From a virus (taxonomy: Duplodnaviria > Heunggongvirae > Uroviricota > Caudoviricetes), in IMG/VR virus record IMGVR_UViG_2534682255_000020: a stretch of DNA of 4,917 nt; one strand, written 5' to 3'. The translations under genes and the position numbers were made by a program. The stretch's first letter is position 1, and every line of letters starts with the position of its first letter. The notes under the pieces are model-generated. The model had not been told where the DNA came from, did no database searches, and worked only from the letters and a program-made list of their open reading frames with translations. This document shows, in pieces, positions 1 through 4,404 of this stretch.

Positions 1-451
1 CGTTGTCGTAGCCGTCATGCAACACGCTCATGACATCGGACACGGTGACGATAATCACGCTTCTCCCCTTCGCCATCAGCCGATTGCCAATCGCTGCTGC
101 CAGGTGATTTTTACCGGTACCAGGTTTACCGCTGAACACGAAGTTTGTACATCCGGTCATCAATTCATCGGCAATGGATTTCGCCTGGCTCAGAGCATGG
201 CGCTGACCGTCGTTCTGCACCCGGTAGTTCCCGAATGAGCACTTCCTGTGAAGCGGCTGGATGCCCGCACGGTTCAGGATTTTTTCAACCCGCACCTGAT
301 GATTCAGGCGGTTAATCTCCTCGCTGCGTTTTCGTCCTTCAGCAAGTTGCCATTCCCGCCACTCCTCCACCGTCCGGTACGGTGGAACCGACGCCTGTGG
401 TGCAAGTCTGCGAATACGTTCAAGAACCCCGGCTGCCGCAATGTTTTTCAT
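1..451 (-). CDS. DnaC-like replicative helicase loader (AAA+), partial; C-terminus lies beyond the window start
   Basis: Minus-strand translation from ATG 451-449: MKNIAAAGVLERIRRLAPQASVPPYRTVEEWREWQLAEGRKRSEEINRLNHQVRVEKILNRAGIQPLHRKCSFGNYRVQNDGQRHALSQAKSIADELMTGCTNFVFSGKPGTGKNHLAAAIGNRLMAKGRSVIIVTVSDVMSVLHDGYDN. Walker A GKPGTGKNHLAAAI and the CSFxNYRV motif closely match my recollection of E. coli DnaC. A GGGGGTG SD-like sequence sits 7 nt upstream of the ATG. The gene lies 6 nt downstream of the replication initiator stop, the O-P-like arrangement. Not in the ORF track because no stop falls inside the window. Confidence 0.9.
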   Translation of the reverse strand, partial: MKNIAAAGVLERIRRLAPQASVPPYRTVEEWREWQLAEGRKRSEEINRLNHQVRVEKILNRAGIQPLHRKCSFGNYRVQNDGQRHALSQAKSIADELMTGCTNFVFSGKPGTGKNHLAAAIGNRLMAKGRSVIIVTVSDVMSVLHDGYDN

Positions 452-457
452 GCCACA

Positions 458-1549
458 TCACCCCCTGAATCCCGGCGGAATTTCGGTATCCGGTTCAGAA
501 ATATGATTCACACAACGCTGGTTGTTCGTGCCGCTTACCGGGAGCAACCAGGGGTTTTCAAAATTCCGGTCCGGCCCAAAAAACGTCGTCGCTCGCTGAA
601 CAAATTCCGTTCCCGCTTTCCCGGTCGCCGCCAGGTATCTCGCGTAACGCCTCACACCATCCAGCATGGTCTCTGGTGGCACCCCCTCGCGCAATCTGGC
701 CTTCCAGGCACTGAAAGCGGATTTCTTCGGGTTTGCCCCAGCACGCAACGGGTATTCCCGCCAGACCTGTTCGAACACATCCGGATAATCCACTCGTCCC
801 ACAGACTGCCCGGTGCTTTCCGGGACTACCCGATCGGCTTCCCGCTGAATGGCGGAATCGGCTTCAGGCTGCTGCAGTTGGTGTGATTGCTCCGACCCTG
901 CGGTCATCACCTGCTGCACAGCGCCCGAATCGGCTTCCGGTGTCGTGCCTGCTGGCTGACCAGGATTGACGGTCTGAACATCCCCTGCCTGGTTCGTGGT
1001 GTTTTTTTTGCCATGAACCATAGTGTTTTTGTCCTGTTCCTGTTCTTTCTCCTGCTCCTGTTCCTGTTCTTGGCTTCGAAGCCCCTTAAAAGCCCCTTCG
1101 AAGCCCCTTACCGAATTTCGGCTATTATTCCGCCTCACATCCAGATGGAAATCCGTTTTATATCTGTCGTAAAACACTGACAGAAAAGCGTTTTCAGGTA
1201 ATGATGCATACTCATTCCTGACACCTGCACAACGGTTATCGCCAGGCTTCAACGTTTCCCCAACCTGCCAGGCTGCCATTTCATGGACCCAGACCATCTC
1301 TGCATCATGGTCATAGCTACAAAAACCAGCTTCAACAGCCCTTTTAAGCCCCTTTGAAGCCCCTTCCAGACCAAGCCCGGTTTCATGAGCAAGGTATAAA
1401 ACTGGCAGGTAATACAAACCCAGCATATTTGCGTGAGGGGATGTCATCAGGTAAAAAGCAACAACTTGCGCTTCTGCACCCGCCTTTCTAAGTTCTCTCC
1501 CCGTTTCTCCCAGCCAGAATCGCGGAGAAACTTTTGCGTAATCACGCAT
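458..1549 (-). CDS. Phage replication initiation protein: YdaU/DUF1376-like N-domain, EQ-repeat linker, DnaT-like C-terminal domain
   Basis: ORF 458-1660 in the track; I place the start at the internal ATG 1549-1547 (MRDYAKVSPRFWLGETGRELR...), which has a GAGG SD 5 nt upstream, whereas the ATG at 1660 has none. The N-terminal region (SPRFWLGETG...AFYLMTSPHANMLGLYYLP) resembles the YdaU/DUF1376 family. The C-terminus ends ...CVNHISEPDTEIPPGFRG, close to the C-terminal tail of E. coli DnaT as I recall it (...VNTVSEPDSQIPPGFRG). Position immediately upstream of the DnaC-like gene. Confidence 0.8.
   Translation of the reverse strand: MRDYAKVSPRFWLGETGRELRKAGAEAQVVAFYLMTSPHANMLGLYYLPVLYLAHETGLGLEGASKGLKRAVEAGFCSYDHDAEMVWVHEMAAWQVGETLKPGDNRCAGVRNEYASLPENAFLSVFYDRYKTDFHLDVRRNNSRNSVRGFEGAFKGLRSQEQEQEQEKEQEQDKNTMVHGKKNTTNQAGDVQTVNPGQPAGTTPEADSGAVQQVMTAGSEQSHQLQQPEADSAIQREADRVVPESTGQSVGRVDYPDVFEQVWREYPLRAGANPKKSAFSAWKARLREGVPPETMLDGVRRYARYLAATGKAGTEFVQRATTFFGPDRNFENPWLLPVSGTNNQRCVNHISEPDTEIPPGFRG
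1034..1072 (-). repeat. In-frame CTG/TTC-type trinucleotide repeat encoding a QEQEQEQEKEQEQ low-complexity linker in the replication protein
   Basis: Plus-strand ctgttcctgttctttctcctgctcctgttcctgttcttg; minus-strand translation gives QEQEQEQEKEQEQ between the N- and C-terminal domains. Confidence 0.8.
1079..1109. repeat. Three tandem 11-bp iterons (CGAAGCCCCTT / AAAAGCCCCTT / CGAAGCCCCTT); candidate origin iterons inside the rep gene
   Basis: AAGCCCCTT at 1079-1087, 1090-1098 and 1101-1109, an exact 11-bp period, directly abutting the EQ linker and followed by a more AT-rich stretch (about 1111-1200). Confidence 0.55.
1337..1367. repeat. Second cluster of the same 11-bp iteron (CAGCCCTTTT / AAGCCCCTTT / GAAGCCCCTTC)
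   Basis: AAGCCCCTT at 1346-1354 and 1357-1365 with a degenerate copy at 1337-1345; same orientation and 11-bp period as the 1079-1109 cluster. Confidence 0.5.
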
Positions 1550-1766
1550 GGCTACCTCATCTGGTGCCGAACCTTCCTCCGGATATAATCTGTGGTTCCC
1601 AATCGACAGAACCAGAGGAGGTTCGACATGTATTTTTTGAAAAGCCTTTATCAGGCTCATGTATTAAATGTTGCAGCAACAAACCGCTGGTGTAACAGCC
1701 CCGAAATGCTCCCGGATTACAGAGCCTGGCTGCGCGCCGAAACATACCTTCGTCTCGACATATTGA

Positions 1767-2276
1767 TTAGCGAACTTCAAAAAGAGACTGCATCCATTCA
1801 TAACCTTCAGGGTATCGACGCTGTTCGCATTCTGGTATCGCGCCATAGTGCTCTCTCAATAATTGAAGTGCGTCATCTCTCTTTTTCTGAACTGATTTTC
1901 TTGCTTCAACCAGCTCTGGAATCAGCGAATATCCCGCCGGAAGTGATCCAATACCCACCTCATGTTGACGAGCAGTTACAAGATGTGCCATACAACCAGC
2001 GTGCTGGATTGACTCCCTGCTCAGAGGCTGAATGGGATCACTCTCTGCTGAAGAAATACCAAGATTTGTATAATCCTCAATAAGCCCGGCACACGCTTCT
2101 GCATCAGCCAGCTTTATTCTGGTTTCCTTGCGCTGTTCTCTGGCTGACAAACGCCAGAGCAGCGCATTAGCTTTATGTATCAACCACTCTGCCAGCTCCA
2201 CATCAGATAAACCGCCACGCCAGATGTGCGGACTGTTTTCGTAAACGCTCAGTGTCAATTTTTTGTCATTACTCAT
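1767..2276 (-). CDS. Hypothetical protein (169 aa) between the CII-like gene and the replication gene
   Basis: ORF 1767-2327 in the track; I prefer the start at ATG 2276-2274 (MSNDKKLTLSVYENSPHIWRGG...), 13 nt after the YdaT-like stop, which avoids a 38-nt overlap with that gene. The SD is weak (GGGT). On the 110 codons I tallied, first-position G is about 36% (coding-like), while the antisense plus ORF is first-position C-rich over the overlap, as expected for a shadow frame. No family recognised. Confidence 0.55.
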   Translation of the reverse strand: MSNDKKLTLSVYENSPHIWRGGLSDVELAEWLIHKANALLWRLSAREQRKETRIKLADAEACAGLIEDYTNLGISSAESDPIQPLSRESIQHAGCMAHLVTARQHEVGIGSLPAGYSLIPELVEARKSVQKKRDDALQLLREHYGAIPECEQRRYPEGYEWMQSLFEVR

Positions 2277-2289
2277 ATTTATTACCCAA

Positions 2290-2715
2290 TTAATGCACAG
2301 CCAGAGTGTTTCCTGCCGGGCCACCACGATTCATCTGATCGAACAGAACGATCGCTGATGCAACGAAATCATCAATATCTTTCACCAGCCGTTCCTTCGT
2401 CTCTACCAACTCCCGAAAATAAGCGGAACTGTGGCTGCGCATTCGGGCCACCAGCGGAGGCGGCATCGCTTTTTCGATCGCTGGTAACAACGCCTGAATT
2501 TTTTTAACCGCATCAGGAGTGTCTTTCTCCACCCAGCGGAAAATTTTCTGAGTATTGCGAGCCATGGCTTCCGGATGGCTGTCGTCATACAGTTCCGGGA
2601 ACGTCATTCCCAGCTCGAAATACGCTTTGGTAATTTTCGCAGCCGGTACTTTTTCGCCGTCCGGATGCGCCCAGACATTCATCGCCATGCGGATGTGTTC
2701 ATGCTTGATTTTCAT
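2290..2715 (-). CDS. ydaT: YdaT-family protein (CII-like early regulator, sometimes annotated as toxin YdaT)
   Basis: 141-aa ORF beginning MKIKHEHI..., matching the N-terminus and length (about 140 aa) of Rac prophage YdaT as I recall it. Its ATG overlaps the stop of the upstream Cro-like gene (ATGA at 2715-2712). Confidence 0.8.
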   Translation of the reverse strand: MKIKHEHIRMAMNVWAHPDGEKVPAAKITKAYFELGMTFPELYDDSHPEAMARNTQKIFRWVEKDTPDAVKKIQALLPAIEKAMPPPLVARMRSHSSAYFRELVETKERLVKDIDDFVASAIVLFDQMNRGGPAGNTLAVH

Positions 2716-3014
2716 GAATCAACTCCATCAGATAAGCATGCACTACAATCACCTTCAGCATGAACTACATGTGTTTGCCCCAAACGAATGCCGCTCGCAT
2801 ACTCAGGCCAAATAAGCTCCCAATCATGGGGTCGTAGCTCCGCCCTACTTACTTGGCCTTCCGTCGCAGATTCGATCATAAGGGCGCGGGTTGGAGATAT
2901 AGCTGTTCGTCCAGACGCCATTTGCGATAAGTAAGATGGCGATACACCAAGTCTGGCCGCGAATTTCTTAGCATCACCAACCCTTAATGATTTAATAAAC
3001 TCTTTTAATGTCAT
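2712..3014 (-). CDS. ydaS: YdaS-family Cro-like HTH DNA-binding protein
   Basis: 100-aa ORF MTLKEFIKSLRVGDAKKFAARLGVSPSYLSQMASGRTAISPTRALMIESATEGQVSRAELRPHDW... with an HTH-like segment (AARLGVSPSYLSQMASGR). GAGGAAGG SD immediately upstream of ATG 3014-3012. First gene of the minus-strand operon, divergent from the regulator gene, as for cro. Confidence 0.8.
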   Translation of the reverse strand: MTLKEFIKSLRVGDAKKFAARLGVSPSYLSQMASGRTAISPTRALMIESATEGQVSRAELRPHDWELIWPEYASGIRLGQTHVVHAEGDCSACLSDGVDS

Positions 3015-3023
3015 ACCTTCCTC

Positions 3024-3090
3024 GGTTTAGTGTTTTTTTGCGAGTTTAGTGTTTAATAAACCATTAAGTCAAGTATTTGCTTGTTTAGTG
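3024..3090. promoter_or_regulatory. Operator-like direct repeats GTTTAGTG x3 in the divergent intergenic region
   Basis: GGTTTAGTGTTT 3024-3035, AGTTTAGTGTTT 3043-3054, TGTTTAGTGATT 3082-3093, arranged across the putative divergent promoters as in a lambdoid OR region. Confidence 0.5.
3043..3072 (-). promoter_or_regulatory. PR-like promoter for the ydaS-ydaT-rep-dnaC operon (-35 TTGACT, -10 TAAACT)
   Basis: On the minus strand: TTGACT (3072-3067), 18-nt spacer, TAAACT (3048-3043), followed by the leader and GAGGAAGG SD of the Cro-like gene. The -10 overlaps a GTTTAGTG operator-like repeat. Confidence 0.45.
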
Positions 3091-3105
3091 ATTACTAAAG
3101 ATAAT
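3077..3105 (+). promoter_or_regulatory. Candidate PRM-like promoter for the regulator gene (-10 GATAAT 3100-3105; weak -35 TTGCTT 3077-3082); possibly leaderless transcript
   Basis: GATAAT ends 6 nt before ATG 3112 and there is no SD upstream of that ATG, which would fit a leaderless mRNA as for lambda cI from PRM. The -35 is poor. Confidence 0.3.
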
Positions 3106-3111
3106 TACCAC

Positions 3112-3483
3112 ATGCAAAAAAAAGAAATTCGCCGTTTACGTCTCAAGGAGTGGTTTAAAGATAAAACTCTGCCACCCAAAGAGAAGAGCTACCTATCTCA
3201 ACTAATGAGTGGGAGAGCCTCGTTTGGAGAAAAGGCTGCCAGAAGAATAGAGCAAACATACGGGATGCCGGAAGGGTATCTGGATGCGGAATACGCAGAA
3301 CAACCGGGGGGTTCTCCACCACATGCAGGGTTAACGTCTAATCAACTGGAATTATTGCAGATTTTTTCAGCCTTCCCTGAGGATGAGCAACGCCAGATAA
3401 TCAGCGAGTTAAAGCAGAAAAAAGAATCAATGGAAGATCTCATAGCGAGATGGATTGCGGCGCAAAAATGCCGCCGCGCCTGA
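3112..3483 (+). CDS. paaR2: PaaR2-like transcriptional regulator (123 aa); first gene of the three-component TA operon and candidate prophage repressor
   Basis: ORF 3049-3483 (GTG start in the track); I prefer ATG 3112 (MQKKEIRRLRLKEWFKDKTL...). Contains an HTH-like segment (SYLSQLMSGRASFGEKAARRIEQTYGMPEGYLD). Lies directly upstream of the antitoxin and toxin genes, divergent from the Cro-like gene. Confidence 0.7.
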   Translation: MQKKEIRRLRLKEWFKDKTLPPKEKSYLSQLMSGRASFGEKAARRIEQTYGMPEGYLDAEYAEQPGGSPPHAGLTSNQLELLQIFSAFPEDEQRQIISELKQKKESMEDLIARWIAAQKCRRA

Positions 3484-3503
3484 GTTATAAAACCGGAGGA
3501 AAC

Positions 3504-3695
3504 ATGAATAGAGCCCTTTCACCAATGGTTTCTGAATTTGAAACCATTGAACAAGAAAACAGTTACAACGAATGGCTGCGTGCGAAAGTAGCAACGAGCC
3601 TTGCAGATCCGCGCCCAGCAATTCCCCATGACGAAGTTGAGCGCAGAATGGCAGAACGCTTTGCTAAGATGCGCAAGGAACGGAGCAAGCAGTAA
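3504..3695 (+). CDS. paaA2: PaaA2-type antitoxin (63 aa) of a ParE-family toxin
   Basis: MNRALSPMVSEFETIEQENSYNEWLRAKVATSLADPRPAIPHDEVERRMAERFAKMRKERSKQ; exactly 63 aa, charged and helix-prone, the length I recall for PaaA2. GGAGG SD 4 nt upstream of the ATG. Stop TAA 3693-3695 lies 1 nt before the toxin ATG. Confidence 0.8.
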   Translation: MNRALSPMVSEFETIEQENSYNEWLRAKVATSLADPRPAIPHDEVERRMAERFAKMRKERSKQ

Positions 3696-3696
3696 A

Positions 3697-3975
3697 ATGT
3701 TACCCGTGTTATGGCTTGAAAGCGCAGATACCGACCTAGATGATATAACTAGTTATATTGCTCGTTTCGACATAGATGCGGCTGAACGCTTATGGCAGCG
3801 ATTAAGGGGTTGTGTGCTGCCGTTATCCGAACATCCGTATTTATACCCACCAAGCGACAGAGTACCTGGCTTGCGTGAGATTGTAGCCCACCCTAACTAT
3901 ATAATTCTATACCGCGTAACAACATCAAGCGTTGAAGTAGTAAACGTGATCCACGCAAGACGCCAGTTTCCCTAA
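3697..3975 (+). CDS. parE2: ParE-family type II toxin (92 aa), ParE2-type
   Basis: MLPVLWLESADTDLDDITSYIARFDIDAAERLWQRLRGCVLPLSEHPYLYPPSDRVPGLREIVAHPNYIILYRVTTSSVEVVNVIHARRQFP; the C-terminal signature (GLREI...YRV...V.V.NVIHARR) is typical of RelE/ParE-fold toxins. Tightly coupled to the upstream antitoxin gene. Confidence 0.85.
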   Translation: MLPVLWLESADTDLDDITSYIARFDIDAAERLWQRLRGCVLPLSEHPYLYPPSDRVPGLREIVAHPNYIILYRVTTSSVEVVNVIHARRQFP

Positions 3976-3993
3976 CTTTCACTACCAATAGAA

Positions 3994-4040
3994 ACATAAC
4001 AACCGCAACGACTTTATCAAAAGCGTTGTGTTTGTTATGT
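3994..4040 (+). terminator. Imperfect 17-bp stem / 13-nt loop hairpin downstream of parE2 (candidate terminator of the TA operon)
   Basis: ACATAACAACCGCAACG (3994-4010) pairs with CGTTGTGTTTGTTATGT (4024-4040) with one mismatch and one G-U. It starts 19 nt after the parE2 stop. There is no U-tract immediately after the stem; a T-run lies at 4052-4057. Confidence 0.4.
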
Positions 4041-4045
4041 CCCGC

Positions 4046-4090
4046 GGTTTAGTTTTTACTTGACTTAAGTTTAATGTTTATTAAACTAAA
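4046..4090 (+). promoter_or_regulatory. PL-like outward promoter and operator module (GGTTTAGT repeat, -35 TTGACT 4060-4065, palindrome AGTTTAAT-gttt-ATTAAACT 4068-4087, -10 TAAACT 4082-4087)
   Basis: This segment is a near-identical inverted copy of the PR-like module at about 3043-3075 (shared TTTAGT, TTTAATAAAC, ATTAA and TTAAGTCAAGTA blocks). It contains a perfect 8-bp-arm palindrome. Confidence 0.45.
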
Positions 4091-4323
4091 AATACCAACC
4101 ACCCCGCCCCACAGAACGCAGGGAAATACTTCGAGTTACCCGGCAGTGGTCAGGGGTTAAGTAGCCAGCCCGAGGCGTATGAACATGACGGCAGGGTTCA
4201 ACTTTAATAACTATGCAGCAGTTTTTTGTTCCGCTACCCCGGCGTTAAGGGGAAACAGAGGGTTTCTCAGTGGGCGAAGTCAAACATCAGAATGGAAGGC
4301 ATCCCGGGATCGGCAAAGAAGCA

Positions 4324-4358
4324 GCAATGGCGCTTTATATTGACATCAGCGCCATTGC
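4324..4358 (-). terminator. Perfect 11-bp inverted repeat (GCAATGGCGCT - 13 nt - AGCGCCATTGC); candidate terminator of the zinc-ribbon gene or a protein-binding palindrome
   Basis: Stem 4324-4334 / 4348-4358, GC-rich, about 45 nt downstream of the minus-strand stop at 4405. On the minus-strand RNA it is followed by UGCUUCUUUGCCG, only moderately U-rich. Confidence 0.4.
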
Positions 4359-4404
4359 AGGACAGGTAAGAGTTATCAGAGCGGTAACTAAGCGGTATGC
4401 GCCT

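Noticed and set aside
17-886. Plus-strand ORFs 17-238 and 248-886
   Set aside because: Both are antisense to the well-supported DnaC-like and replication-initiator genes, with arginine/proline-rich, low-complexity translations typical of shadow frames.
733-1180. Plus-strand ORFs 733-969 and 887-1180
   Set aside because: Antisense to the replication initiator; the 887-1180 translation (FLFFLLLLFLFL) is simply the reverse read of the EQ trinucleotide repeat.
1550-1660. Alternative upstream start (ATG 1660) for the replication initiator
   Set aside because: No SD upstream of 1660, whereas ATG 1549 has GAGG at a good spacing and aligns with where YdaU-family proteins begin as I recall them. Left open in the findings.
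1557-1846. Minus-strand ORFs 1557-1745 and 1664-1846
   Set aside because: Short frames overlapping the rep leader or 5' end and the hypothetical gene in other frames; no SD and no motifs.
1592-2083. Plus-strand 163-aa ORF (152 aa from ATG 1628) with a consensus AGGAGG SD
   Set aside because: It is antisense to the better-supported minus-strand gene over 1767-2083. First codon positions are C-rich (about 34% C, 27% G), the mirror of the G-rich first positions of the minus frame, as expected for a shadow ORF, and the non-overlapping part (1628-1766) is not coding-like. Kept as a caveat in the findings, not called as a gene.
2226-2815. ORFs 2226-2507 (+), 2403-2588 (-), 2555-2815 (+) and 2575-2763 (+)
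   Set aside because: All overlap the YdaT-like and YdaS-like genes in alternative or antisense frames, with no initiation signals and atypical composition.
3049-3111. GTG-initiated N-terminal extension of the regulator ORF (MFNKPLSQVFACLVITKDNYH)
   Set aside because: It would place coding sequence across the operator repeats and the putative promoter. ATG 3112 follows a -10-like GATAAT and fits a leaderless cI-type start, so the extension is probably not translated, though this is unverified.
3427-3621. Minus-strand 64-aa ORF 3427-3621
   Set aside because: Antisense to the tightly coupled antitoxin gene; no SD.
4340-4372. Consensus TTGACA at 4340-4345 as a possible promoter -35
   Set aside because: No acceptable -10 at 16-19 nt spacing (CAGGTA / AGGTAA). 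The hexamer sits in the loop of the perfect palindrome and is more likely incidental.
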